A DNA stretch of 63,804 nucleotides, filler included, from Craspedostauros australis (lineage: Eukaryota): assembly GCA_030167865.1 (NCBI GenBank). It is 4 parts of 4 records of this genome, joined end to end, with 100 filler letters (N's around TTAATTAATTAA, not from the genome) between each part and the next. Parts side by side here need not be neighbours in the genome. Positions count along the whole stretch, not along the records: positions 1 to 23,533 come from JALAGF010004476.1; 3 more parts are not named here. One strand, given 5' to 3'. This document shows positions 1 through 13,300 of this stretch, piece after piece; the first letter of the stretch is position 1, and every line of letters begins with the position of its first letter. Made by a program: the position numbers and the translations under genes. The notes beneath the pieces are model-generated. The model did not search any database. It was not told the DNA's origin and saw nothing but the letters and a program-made list of their open reading frames with translations.

Positions 1-285
1 CACTTCCGGAGTACCAATGCAACTCGACCATTCCGTCACGACGAAACGTCGCTGATGCTGCTTCACATCGTGCTGTGATTGGTGGCTCATGACGCAGCAG
101 CCAGTCTAGTGACGTAGATGACGGATCAGACAGGCACAGGGTAGAATGGATCCAAACGCGCACTCGCCGCTTCTCCCAAAACTCTACAACTAGCGCTATC
201 GTGGACGGGGTGTTGGATGGTCTGATCGGAACACCTCAAAAAGAGACTAAACAATTCAAAATGGGAACAACGTCGCTGAAACGAA

Positions 286-518
286 GAACAGCAAAGGGTT
301 AAATTGGATCGATGTAGTCGTAGGCGAAAGGCTGAAACCCGAGAGAGATCGAAAATTGCTCATATCCATCGGTCCGTAAAACTTAAAATAGGATCTAACT
401 CAAAAATGTAATGGTTAATTATTTGTATTAGACCTACAGGGATTACGAATATGTGCTTGGTTTGGACAACGGAGACAAAAATCCAAGAGGTCTATTTCAA
501 AGTGTTGGTCGACTCACT
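286..518. mobile_element. Putative DNA-transposon terminal region, related to 31080-31292
   Basis: AT-rich non-coding stretch sharing four colinear motifs with 31080-31292: GAACAGCAAAG, GGTCC(G/A)TAAAACTTAAAAT, AT(G/A)TGCTTGGTT and TTGGTCnnCTCACT. The transposon call is inference. Confidence 0.4.
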
Positions 519-1841
519 CGAGGGGCTCATAAGCATGGCGAGCATACATTCCGCATGAACCATCAAGGCTGAGAGCTCCTACAGATTGCAATCATAAAAT
601 ACTTGGACAACGATGCGAGTCATCTCAGAAAAGTCACGTCTAAATTAATTGTCGAGACCATACAAGAGAACAGTGGCCAACGTACAAGCACCAATGCACG
701 ATACTCACCATCATCGCCGTGCCCATACCATTCATCATCCACCACCCAGCACCTCCTGGGGCATATGAGCACAATCATCGCAGTCTGCTTCAATAGCCCA
801 ATGCTTAAGTGTCGAGAGGTGTCTAGCGGTCGGGCGCTGCTCCATCAATTCCAGCATATGACTCTCCGTCTATTCGACTGACCCTCTCTCTTTAGAGAGC
901 CTCATACTCCACTCATATCCAACGCGTATGTACGTACTCTACTCTACTCAACGATGCTAATACAAGTGTTATGATGGTACGGCCGCTATTTTCGTAATCG
1001 CTCCCCTTACGAACAAGAAAAATGGAGGTACCAGCGGGCCCCAGTCCAGGCCAGTGGTCATTCTTACCTCACCTGCAACCTGCGCATTCATCCAGCTCCA
1101 CCCATCCCATTCTTACTGTCGTATTGTGCGAGTAGCGTACTCGTCGAAACGCCACTCACCAACCTGTCAGAAATGCTTCTATGAGGGTCGTCCCGCACTG
1201 ATTCCATCGTTTGTGACACTTGAGATCAGTGCGTACATGTTCGAGTACTGTCGCATGAGCTCGTCTACTACCTCCGAGTCTACCTATGTACGCGGCCGCA
1301 CTCTGGATGTACCGCAGAACACCCATGTTCTGCAAAAGCAGGCAACGCCAAAGATCTCCACGTACGCCAAAGTGCAGATGGAGCACGGACGAGTAGCTTG
1401 TACGGTGCAGCGATCGGACGGACACTCGCAGCGGGAGAGCAGATTGAATGAATGAATCCCCCCAATGCCCTTTGTTCCTGCAGTCGTACGCAATGGGTGA
1501 GTGTGGAGCCATGACTTGACTGTGATGTGCGAGGATGCGCAGAACCTCATCCCACGGCCAATTCGAACTGTGGCACATGGCATGCAACATCCGTTTCCCA
1601 TGCCTCTTCCCCCACAGAGATGTTTTCCTTCCGTCACAAAGACCCCCCACGCGCGTTTCCGAGATCGTCGACTGCACTTGTGCCGAAGGAACCTGATAAT
1701 CCAACAAGGATTCTGGGATGATTGTTTTGTTGGAAGTGATCAAAAGGCGATAAAAACTCGCGCAGAGCAAGGGGGCAGGAAGATAGGCAAAGAAGGCACA
1801 ACCAGGCCAGTCGATGGACTGATCGATTGCTTCTGCCGTTT

Positions 1842-4325
1842 TTATGGGTCGCGCTTCTTTATTTTGCCTGCGCCATCACGGCCGAAGCTGCCTGAAACAC
1901 CGCTGTCAGCTCCGTCATCTTGCACGGCCTTCTTATTCTGCTCCTCCATGTCGCGGATGATTAGCTGAAGCGCCGCCTGCTGTCGCTGTTCCTGGTGCCG
2001 TTGGTCCAGCAAAGCCAGAAGTATGGGATCGTGGATCGAGCTACTCGTGGGAAATGATGTGGGCAAAGCAGCGCCTCGTTGGAGAGAGAGGCTGCCTGCT
2101 GGGATGCTCTGCAATGCTTGGAGATTCAAAGCAAGCTGGTGATGCTGGTTTTGCTCGAGTGGGGATGGCGAGTGCGTCATGTCCGCTACGTCCGATGTCA
2201 GCAATGCACCTGGAATCGGATTCGGTGCCGACGCCTCTCCAGCAGATGACATGGCTGATGACACCGCCGATGTAGATATTGATGCTGATGATGCATTTTG
2301 AACGATTTTCGATACTCCTTTTGTGGAGTTGGTGGGAATCGAAGCTGTTGGTACAGATAATAAGGATTTTGATGTGGATACGGACGCCGATGCCGATGCG
2401 GGTGTTGATGTGAACGCTGCACCCAAGATTGCTCTCGACTGTCTACCGAAGTGGCTGCTGGGTATCAACCCCGACAAGGAAGGTGGCGATGATTTGGGAA
2501 GAGCTGCTGCCGGCAATGGTGACGGTCTCGCTCCATCCGCAGACGCCGTGGACTTGGAACGTTTCAGCAGGATTCCACCTTTGCCTTCTTGCGAACCATC
2601 GGGCGTGTCCGTGATGCTGGGGTTGGGACTCTGCTGCTTGGATGTTGCTGTTGCTGCTGCTGCTGCCGCGCCTAGGCCGCTTGTTTTTTGTCGTTTGATG
2701 TTTTTGCAGAGATCCTTCCGACCTCTCAAGAAGTGTTTGTGATGATATGCACCTTTGGAAGGCCCGTCAGGGATGCGCCGGAAGCCGTAGAGGTTGAGCT
2801 GCCTCTGAAACGAGGCGAGACGCGTGGTGGTGAAGTATTTGGGCATCACGATCGTTTCGAACTTCTTTGGATCATGTATCATGAAAGTCTGGTTGTTTGG
2901 CAGGAACGAGATGATATCGAGCTGGTTGTTTGATTCTGCCTCCTCCAGCATTCTGTACAGCTTGAGAGGGAAATTCTCCGACGTTCCAATCTGCTGCTGC
3001 TGCTGCTGTCCTTGAGACATGTCTTCGGTTCTGCTGTCATCCGTGATCATTGGCAGCGATGAGGCGCCACTTTCACCAAAGACACTCCTAGTTGCAGCGA
3101 GAGCTGACGTGGATGGACTGCCGTGAAGGCCACGGCCACGGGCTTGAAACGCAGGAAGTTTCGTTCTGCCGAGCTCTGAATCTGCGGAAGGTGTTATGCT
3201 CGGCATTCTTCCTGGTAGATGCGCCCCAGCGACACCCTCGATGCGCTTGTTGATGACCATTGAGGGTGCTGTCGGTAGGCTTAGCCCTAGCCGCGACAGT
3301 GCGTTGCTCGATAAAGTCTGCCCAGCTGATCTTTCCGCAGATGGCAAGAGCGCGCCAAGATGCTGCAGAATGTCAGCAGAACCAAGGTCGGCAGGAGCAG
3401 GCGCTGCGACCCCTTGGGTGAAAACCGGGGCATGACCTGCATCTCTTGCGTTGAGAGCTGACAAAAGAGCACCCAGATTGGATGATTCTGAAGCATTCTG
3501 CTGGTGAGCCGCGCTGCTTCGTAAGTCCATGGATCGTTGCAAGCTATCGAGCTGGGCCTGTTGACGCTGTTGTTGACGTAGATGCATTGCTAGCTGGCTG
3601 TGCCGCGACAGGCTCGGTTGGTGACCTCGGGTCATCAAGGCAAGCTGAAGTTGCACGTTATCCCGCTGAGATGCGGCTGTGTTATCCGATAAAGCCTGAT
3701 CCGCAATATGTTGCAGTAGATGCTGATGTCTGAGGGTTTCGGATGGCAACGCCGATGCCGATGCCAATGCCGATGGCAGTGCCAGTGCGGAGGGCGTTGT
3801 ATGATGCCGCTGCGCGTCAAGAGCCAGAATCTGGAGCAGTTCTTCCCTTTGCTGGCGTTTCTGTTGTTGTTGCCGTTGCTGTTGCTCTTGCGTTAGACGC
3901 GCTTGTTCAGCTGCCACAAGAGATGATATGATGGATGCACGTTCGGGATGGTGAAGCGGATCCTGCTGTTGATGATGGTGATATCTATCCCTCGCGTCGG
4001 CTGTAGCGGGCGCTGTCGTTCCGGGATCACCAGAACTTTGAAACGGCGCCTGTGCCAGCTGCGACAACTGCGCTAACTGCAACGCAGAGGAAGAAGAAGT
4101 CGCCAAGGCAGCTGGTGGTATTTGCTGTGGCAATAACGCACTTGGCAGGCGGCGCGCTCCGATGGAGTCATGCACTCGCAGCGCGTCAACAAGAGATTGG
4201 TCAAATCGTAGACTCGCCAGTTCATGACCTTGGTGCCTGGTACCACTCTCAGTTTCGACAACGGCATCATTCAGTATTCTGTTCTCGTGATTGATCCCAT
4301 CGTTGCTATGGCTGCCATCCTCCAT
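1842..4325 (-). CDS. HSF: Heat shock factor-family transcription factor, 827 aa, single exon
   Basis: HSF DNA-binding domain FPLKLYRML...IISF...F(M)IHDPKKF...MPKYF...ASFQRQLNLYGFRR...YHHKHFLRG..LCKNIKR, flanked by Q/S/A-rich low-complexity sequence. Confidence 0.93.
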   Translation of the reverse strand: MEDGSHSNDGINHENRILNDAVVETESGTRHQGHELASLRFDQSLVDALRVHDSIGARRLPSALLPQQIPPAALATSSSSALQLAQLSQLAQAPFQSSGDPGTTAPATADARDRYHHHQQQDPLHHPERASIISSLVAAEQARLTQEQQQRQQQQKRQQREELLQILALDAQRHHTTPSALALPSALASASALPSETLRHQHLLQHIADQALSDNTAASQRDNVQLQLALMTRGHQPSLSRHSQLAMHLRQQQRQQAQLDSLQRSMDLRSSAAHQQNASESSNLGALLSALNARDAGHAPVFTQGVAAPAPADLGSADILQHLGALLPSAERSAGQTLSSNALSRLGLSLPTAPSMVINKRIEGVAGAHLPGRMPSITPSADSELGRTKLPAFQARGRGLHGSPSTSALAATRSVFGESGASSLPMITDDSRTEDMSQGQQQQQQIGTSENFPLKLYRMLEEAESNNQLDIISFLPNNQTFMIHDPKKFETIVMPKYFTTTRLASFQRQLNLYGFRRIPDGPSKGAYHHKHFLRGRKDLCKNIKRQKTSGLGAAAAAATATSKQQSPNPSITDTPDGSQEGKGGILLKRSKSTASADGARPSPLPAAALPKSSPPSLSGLIPSSHFGRQSRAILGAAFTSTPASASASVSTSKSLLSVPTASIPTNSTKGVSKIVQNASSASISTSAVSSAMSSAGEASAPNPIPGALLTSDVADMTHSPSPLEQNQHHQLALNLQALQSIPAGSLSLQRGAALPTSFPTSSSIHDPILLALLDQRHQEQRQQAALQLIIRDMEEQNKKAVQDDGADSGVSGSFGRDGAGKIKKRDP

Positions 4326-7300
4326 CCTATTCTATGTAATTGCGGATGTGGTTGTGGCTGCGACTGTGACTCTCCCTCTCTCTCTCTCTGTGTTGGTGCT
4401 GGTACTCCCCCTTCTGTCTATGCCACCGTGGATCGTGGATTATTTACAGCCCCGCCCAAGCCACTGCCTCCCGTAACGCCTGGGGATCATGCAAGGGTGG
4501 AAGGCCTGGCGCAGTGTGGTAAACTATTGATGCTTTGTTCGTGCACCACCAACAGTACTGATACCAATCGAGAGAGATCCTCAGCACTCTTGCCAACCTG
4601 CTCGCCTGCTTTTGTGTGGGCCTGATGTGGGCCTGCGTGATGATTGATGATTGATGCTCGATGCTTTGTGCTTGATTTGTGTTCCTGGTCTGCGTGCCTG
4701 ACTTTATGCTTGTGTCGTGCAAGTGCGGAATGATCCCAGACCGATTGCAAGGCGATGGCCAAATGAGTCACCAACGGCACGTCGATGCCAGAACTGGTGA
4801 TACCGGCAACTCGAATGGTGAAGAGCGGCAGTCCTTGTCTGAGATGACGAGACTGTTCCAATAATAGCGACCGCAATGTCAGCCACACCGACAAATTGAG
4901 GAAATCGGCAGATAAATGTCAGGTTTGGGATGTTGGAGAAGGCAGTAGAATCGCGGTGGAGATGGAATGAAGATGAGGGCACAACCTTGCGGTGCAGAAT
5001 CTGTTTGGTTCTTGTTTGGTTTGTGATGCACGAGCATGTGCACAAGAAGGGTAGGGGTGGGAATACGAACAATCGTGCTCGTGCAAGTATCGGTATGGCA
5101 CGAGCAGCTCGTTTGTGTGGTTGGGCGCGCTCCTGTTTGAGAGTGTGGACGGTGCCAAACTTCGAAAGCACATTCGTTGTGCCAACTTGGCGCAAATAAT
5201 TTGAAATCCAGAAGACTTATCTGTCAGATCCCCTGACAACAACGCCCGGTGAAGGTGCTGTGATGGGAGACCAAGCTCTCGCGATCGCGTTTGTTGCAGA
5301 ATGGGGATACGCAGTCTAAGTATGATCACTGTTCAGTGTCGTTACGCTCCTCCAACAAGAACGCCCCGAACAAACCAGCGAGCCACAACATCCAACAATC
5401 GTCGCTTATTCTCCTGCATGTATCTTTGTTCTGAAATGCTGCCGATTCTTCCGTCCACCTACCATCCACAAACGAGATAATCAATGTCGGTGCTGATGCC
5501 GATGCCGATGCTCTGATGCCGATGCTTTTGCCAGTCGTACGAACTACATTCGCATGTACTGCACTGCGGAGTATCACCGTTGGTCTCCTCTCGCGCCCTT
5601 CCCTACTCGTATCGTGCTGGCACTCACCTATTGAACGACTGACGGGGAGCACTCTCCATGTTGTTGGCCGCCAGCTCTACACGACGAGAAGCGCGCCAAA
5701 GCGCCACCATGCACGGTGCATAGTCGTACTTGTACACTGCCACTACGAGCTACGACCACCTGGACGAAAACGAGCTACGTTACTGTTGCCGTACTTGTCG
5801 TACGACGGATCTGACTTGGCGCTTTTCGGAACAACGATGACGTCGGGATGCAACCACGCAAATCAGCAGCGGGTCTCTGCCTTGGGTGCGCAGGCGCCAG
5901 CAGCAAGTTCGCTGCGAGCTGCCCGTGCACCATGTGGAACAATTGGCTCTTGGTCGGCGAAAGTGTGTTCAACATGTAATTTTGTCTCCAATAAATCGAG
6001 CATTGAACTGGGATACAATGGGCATTGTTGGCACCCGCTCTTTATTCCAGTTATGCGACGTTGAATACCGCTCCGTCTCGTCCTCGTGTCCGCCGTCTCC
6101 AACAATATCGACGTTCCATTCAACTGTGGTTCTGAATTCGCAACAAGAATTGGCTCGACAAACATGCCCACAACACAAACACAATCCCAACAGGACAACC
6201 CCGCTCCGCAAACCGACAACACGCCACACTTGTCAAATACCAACATCGACGAACGAGGATTCGCAGAGCACCAACGAAAAAGGTCCACACAGAAGAGGGC
6301 CGATGGAGCTTCTCCACTCCGCAAGCAGTTCATGGAAGTACCGTACCACACGCGAACGAGCTAAGAGAATCAGTGATAGGAGGAGTTGTTGGTGTTCTTC
6401 CTTCGTCTCTGCGCAGGAACTCCGAAAATCCCAAATCATGTGAAGAACAAGAGTGGAGGGTGTGCGCGCACGAGTACGACCTGTGCGAGTGTGACATTCC
6501 CTGCTCCGATGCAGTCTTCGATGAAAGAAGCGAGCGCTGCATCATCAGTTGGGGTAGAGTTGCTGGTGTTACCGTATGGTTACGGACCATCCATAGTAGT
6601 ACCAGTGGTCATACTCCATCGAGTACACACTCTCGGAGCAGCATTAGCAGTCGCGCTCTGTCGATTTGCTACTCCAGACACCAGCGAATAGATCACAGAA
6701 CAACAGGGGCTGGCGCAGCGGGGATTTCGCTGCGTTTGCCGCTTGTCGAGAGTTGCCTCCGAGACATGTTGTGGTGGCCTGCAAGATGCCCCCAAAGCGG
6801 ATGAAAATTGGACTTTCCCCTCGCACAACTACCTCAACACAAGACCAAAGGAGATCGCGTCCACGAAGAAACTAGGCAGGTTGCGAACATGGATGTTTGT
6901 GGCATGAAAGCGCAACATTTATATCAATCAGAACTGTATTCGCGTGGCGACGCCGAGGCGTTCTCGTCTCATGCGCGAGGTGGGGTTCGTTTTGTCTCAC
7001 AATTCAGTTCTCCTGCTCTTTGCAGAGTATCATTTTGACATCATCCAAAAGCGAAATCCGCCAACGTGCCCCAAGTGGGTGCGAGACACCTGGATGGCAC
7101 ATCATCACACACGTCGTGGACCGGCTATGTCCATCTCGAACGCCCCCCACCTCGTCGTCGACGGCAGAACGGAGCAGATCCCGCCCTGGCACCCCTGCTG
7201 CCCCTGCTGCAAGAAGAATGGTTGTCGCTGATGGCAAGGGTACCGACGACCAAGACGAAGACGAAGATGGAGATGGAACTAATGTTGGTGATAGTGATGG

Positions 7301-10300
7301 TTGTAGTGCCGACATTTTGGCTGGAGTTGCTGTTGCTGTTGCTGTTGCTGTTGTGATTACTGATTCAATTGCACGACCTGGCTTCAACTCGAGATGACAA
7401 CCACAGAATATCGAAGTCGCAATGCTCCCATTTGTCCCCGGTTCGCTATCATCGGCAATACAGTCCCATAGTCGTTGAGGTCTTATCGCAGCGTTGCCGA
7501 CGCTGAGATTGCTTTTTCCGTTCCAATTTGTGATGGAAGTGGGAACAGGTACGTACGACCTATTGGCACAAGTAGAAGTGCGCATGCGCATGGCTACATC
7601 CACGAGTACGACTAGAGGTCTGATTGTATTCTTCAGGGAATCATCTTACGAGTAGGTGCGAGTACACTATCGGAAGGTTGGTTTCTCCACGAGCATGATC
7701 AGATTGGAGGCTATTGCTTGTTTCGTCATTCACATGAACCAAGACAAGTCGAGCGAGATGCCTTCATCGCAGCTCCCGCTTCAACACCACATGACAAATC
7801 CTCACGAAAAGGGCCAAGCTCCTATGTCGAATCTGTTTGTGATCGAGTGGAGTGGAGCAGGGTTGGGCTCTTGGGTTTGACTTCACTCGGCTGGACCTCG
7901 CCAGTTGCCAAGACGAAGACTTGAATGATACAATAGAGTCTTCACAGGTGCTTTGCGTGCTGTCTTGCCCGTGATGTCTGTTCTTCCAAGTTGGTAGCAC
8001 GAAGCTGTTAGCACGAAGGCAAGACTCCTCGGATGAGGTCTCGCAGGATGGCCACAGTGGTTGTGTCGGCATCAGTACTACTCTCCAGAGTACTCTCCAG
8101 TAAGCGTATTCCGCATATATTATCAATCTTCAAGAAACAACCCGATCTTTTCTGCTCTACACCACAAACAGTACGCTACTCTGCAATCGTTTCTCTGGAT
8201 GCTTTCTCTCTCTCTCTCTCTCGGGCGTAGAATAGTCCGCCATGATGATGAACAAGATACAGGCGGCGGATGCGGGCATGAGGAGAGTGGACAATCATCT
8301 TGTTGTGCTCCTCTCCTGTGCAATCTACTTCCATCTCAACCATCCCCGCCAAACAGATAGAGTATTCATACTTGTATAGAGAAAGGTGTGTACCTACCAT
8401 TCGTACGGCTAGATCGTACGCATCCACGAAAACTACTAGAATAGAATACTACACTCCACGATCAGTTTGCGAGATGGCAGGTGTCCTCCACTCATACAGC
8501 ACCCAAGCGTACGATGCAGATCGAGGGAACGCACGAGTATTAGTATAGCACGAGTGCGCACACGTCAACAATAAAACTTGGCAGGTGCTCGCGTAGGAGG
8601 CATGTATCTTGGCAGGAGGAGAGCTGCGAACGCGAACGCGAACGCGCATGTGAATACAGGTAGCACGGCGTTAGCAAAGGTGGGGAGAGGTAGAAGACAG
8701 CGGCACTGAATATCTAGTCCACGAGTAGTGATCGTTGTCATGATTAACGCTACAAGGACTGTTTCTGCTGATCCTGTTTTTTGGTGCGAGGCTTTCAGGT
8801 TATGAATTGTGTCACCGGTTTCCTTCCACTCGATGCTGTTCTGCGAGAGAGATCGTGGCTTGTGGTGTTAACCTTCACGGAGTAGAGAGCCCGACACCTT
8901 TCCATCAGTTCTCCGTCCTTCGAGGGAGCCAAGTCCAAATGATGTCGCCCTGTTCTGGCTCAACTTGCACATGTGCTCCAAGAAGGCTTCGACTCGCCTG
9001 CAGTACGACTATGAACGCAAACAACCACTTGCATGAAACACCGCTCAAAGTCCGATTCTCCTCCAAACCGGTTGTGCTTCACCGGACATCCACATCCCTT
9101 GGGCGAACGACCAGAAACCAAGACACTTTTCATGTTCTGGGCGACTGGATTTGAAATTGCTGTGGCGACGAGAGGGGAAGCGAGAGGGTAGGACAAGACG
9201 CGATGCCTGGTCTGCTCGCATCGCGATTCCCCACCAACTTTGTCCACAGGATAATGGAGGAATGGAGCAAATGGAGCGGGTGGATGTGAACAAACAGAAC
9301 AAGAACGCTCTTGGTTTGCTCTGTTCGCGGGTACCGCACTCGCATTATGTAATCACATGGTCCACCCCGCAACTGATGAAGGAGAGGGAGACGATGCAAA
9401 GAACAAAGAAGCAACGAATCAATCGCCGTTCTTGGTTGAAACCGTTTGACACAACCAAAGAGTCCCCGTGTTGGTGCGGAGAGACACAACAATGATCCAT
9501 TCTTCCTTGTTTCACACAGAGTTCGGGGTGCCAAGCAAACATCTCACATCAAACATCAACAAAGGATGGCATGAAGGTAGCGCCGACTTCATCCTCCACA
9601 TGGCTCGAGCCGTGGTTCGCAGTGGTCGCTGCTTACCTGTGTTGGCCGTGGCGTGGTAAGGGGAATTCCGGGTAGAGTTAGATCTAAGCGTCGTTCCCTG
9701 TTCCTTGTCGTCGAGGGTCGAGGGTCATCACGAAGGACAGGTCCCTGGATCCGTTTCGCCACAAGATGGCCGAATCCATCGCTCAGGGTCACAAAAAGTC
9801 ATTTGCGACCATGAGGACAGGTGATGCTGCCGTATTAAAGGACTGAACGAGTACCTTGGATGCGAACCCAACGACCTCGTGATGGACCTCGCATTGTTTT
9901 AAAATCAGAATTGACCGTTATAATAACGTCCATGGAGAACAAGAACCACGCAAGAAATTCAAACAACAGCCACCATTCGTGGAACCAGGCAACGCGCCAC
10001 GCCGCGCGAAGTCAGACGCGAGGATCGTCAACGAGGGCTAATACATGGAGGAGAAGGCTGCACATGGAACAAGCAACGAAGGGGATGGACAGTGCTCAAC
10101 ATGGTCGTACCTCGACAAAGCGTTCTCGTGTTGCCTCTATTACATTATATTCTATAATACCATTCTATTCTATAATACCATTCTATTCTGCTGGCATCGG
10201 CTTGCCAAGAGCACGAAGGTGGAAGAGAAGCAAGGGAAGAAGCAAGGGAAGAATCATCATCAAGCACGAGCGCGAGCACGAGCACGAGCAGAGCGTCCTT

Positions 10301-10371
10301 GGCAACGCAAAGAGGCTTAGGATACCGCACTGCGGAGGGAACGACAACGATCGTCGCAGATAGCTGATCCA

Positions 10372-13300
10372 ATGCTATCCACACCAGCGGCACGAGATCA
10401 GACTGTGAGCATGGACACGCACGCGCAAATCCATGCGAGCGCTCCTGCGAGTGCGACTGTGCCATCAGCCGCAACAGCGCAAGCCGTGTCACAGCCTCCT
10501 CTTTCAGCCCAATCGAACATCAATCCTGCCAGTGCCTTCAGATCGCCCCCAAGCGCCGCCAGGTCGTTGGATCGCAGATCTGCAAGCGGAGGACCGGGCT
10601 CTCCCGCCACGCCCCATCTGCTGAGAAGCCAGCTGGCGTGGCCCAGTGACAGGAGCCCAAGGCGGAGGCCGAAGATGGGGTTGATACGAATTGATGCACG
10701 CGGCCAACCGGTCCCAAATGCAGCGGTTGTGCTGTTGCGCAACTCTTGCTACATCGGTCGCAGCCCGCAGCAGCGCCCAAGCTTGAAACGAGTCCCGGAT
10801 GCGAGCCCGCAGTCGTCGTCGCAGCAAACGGATATGACCAACATCGGCAGCGGTTTAGCACTGGGTTCGACATTGGGGTCGACATCAGGGCGAGCAGTGG
10901 GGTCATCACGACATCTGCCCCTTGGGATCACCAAGGAAAATGGCGATTGGATTTCTCGAAAGCAGCTCCAGGTGATGAATATCGGGTACGGCTACGTCGG
11001 GCTTAGGCTCACGGCCAACACGCACAGCCCTTCGTGCGTCTCTGCCGTGCGATACAAGCAACCCTCATCATCATCCGCAGCAGGAGAACCAGAGATCTCC
11101 CAACGCCTCGTATTTTCGGATTGCATCACCACAAAGCTGCGGACTCATGACGTTATCGAATTTTTGAATGGACGGCAGGAAGCCGATGGCAATATCGCTG
11201 CAGAGGCGGTGTGCCATCGCTTCTTGATCGTCGATGAGAGCACAAACGCAACACCGAATATACCAGACTCGCCGTCACCATTCCCAGTGTCATCCTCAAC
11301 AGCGAGCAACCCACAAATGCAGCAGCAGCAGTCGTCCACCGAACACCTCGGTGCTGCCACCGAGACCAGGCGAGACGAAGAAGCCAGAATAGTGGAACGA
11401 AGTTCTGATGCACCACCTCCAACACCTGACACAGCGAAATCTGCGCCTGAAATGCCCAGGTCAACAAAAAACGCGTCACCAACACCAAACAATAATCACG
11501 ACCCGCTTAATGACACAATGGAGACGTTGCAGGAATCGATCAGTGACGTCGCGCATGAAGCTCCACCAGATGCATCGAAGCAGGCCCCAAAGATACGGAC
11601 AATGCGACGTTCTATCAGAGTCACCAAGAAGGTTGCGGCAGCGATGAAACGGAGAAATGGATCTGAATCACCGACACGAAGGAGCACGCGCTTGCATCCC
11701 AGCATCAATGACGACGCTACTGGTGGTGATAATGCCCCGATCGCCAAAAGAGTGAAGCGTGAGCACGATGCGGCGCGACAAGCAGATGACGCAAGCCCCA
11801 AGCAAGCCCGTGCATCCCGTCGAAGGCATGCATCGGTGACGACGGCAAACACCAAATCCAACAGTCCTACCAATACCACTGCCATCAGCAGCAACGACGG
11901 CAAAAAGGATGAAACAGAAGACGTGCAGAAGACGGGAGGTGTGACAACGCCACAAAGGAGCATGAGTTTGCGACAACGCAACCTCGAGGCCGGTTCTCGA
12001 GTCCGGGCATGGTACAGTTCAGGTACCGACATTTGGGCCGGTGAGGAGAAACGAGAGGCAGCAGGCGGCTGGTACTTCGGAACTATCATCGACAGTTTGG
12101 ATCACTCTCGGTCCACAAGAACCCGTAGGGTGGGAGACAAGAAGGTCTCCATCAAGTTTGATGATGGTAGTACCGATGTTTGCTCTGCCAACCAGGTGGA
12201 ACCGCTGGAGTACTGCGAAGTTCAAGTTCACGCACGCAAGCACGACACGATCACGTTGCAAGCTGAACAGGTGGTTGGCACCGAAGAGCGAGCCTACAGG
12301 TTGGGATGCGAGTTGAAACCGAATGAGTGGCACATCGGCGACTTGGTCATGGCCAACTATCAGGACAAGGGCCAATGGTTCCGAGGGCGGGTCGTCCGCA
12401 TCGCGATTGGTGGCAAACAGCACACGATCTCGTGGACCTCGAACGTGGCGACCGCCAGCTGCAAGCCTCAGGCAATGTTCTTGGATGTGCTCTACGACGA
12501 TGGAGACTGGGAATGCAACATCCCTCTGCTCGTGAATTCCAACGTAAGCTGCGTCCGGTGGTTGGAATCTTGGTCGCACCGCGACTGGATGATCGGGTTG
12601 CATGTGCCGCGCTGGACCAAAATCTCACACATCGATGACAAAACGGACATGGTGTCGTTTCCATCGAAAGCGAAGGCCATGTCTGTCGAGGATGCGTGGC
12701 AACGGCTATGGTCCTCAATGCAACGAAATCTTCACAAGAGCATCGAATGGGCGCGATCGCCAGGCAACTGCGAGATCATGAACAACGATGATGATTCATC
12801 CCCAGGAGGAACCGAAACGAAGGAGAACGATCCCAGCCAAAGGTCGCATGCAAACGAGGCTCCTGACGTTTGCGTTGAACACGACGTTTGTGATACCGCG
12901 ATGCAGGAGAACAACAAGGATGACGACGGCAATCGCAATAGCGATGTGGTTATGAATCACGTTGACGGTAACGAAGCCAGCGCCAACGAGAATGCCATCC
13001 AAAATACCAACGGAGACGCCAACGGAGATGTTAATTCACATGCCAATGGTAGCGTCGCCGATAAGGTCAATGAGGGGCAACTCTGCGAATCACCGAAGCG
13101 ACGGCGCTCAGCGAGACGTGCGGCTGCGCAACAGGTGTCACCAGATCCTCCAGGTTCGAGGGTGGTGCGGTATGATGGCCCAGCAGATGACACGCCCCTT
13201 GTCCAGCCACAAGAGATCGAGGGTGGTCGTTCCAGCGACTCCGACATCGAGGTGCTGCGCACCATCCAATATCCAAAAACGCAGCCCACGAGTTTGCAAG

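Noticed and set aside
1054..1770. Overlapping 130-200 aa ORFs downstream of the HSF gene
   Set aside because: No motif support; likely UTR or intergenic.
4400..10360. Many short ORFs (e.g. 6086-6364, 6373-6804, 7004-7603)
   Set aside because: No recognisable domains or consistent exon chain. A small spliced gene or relic cannot be excluded.
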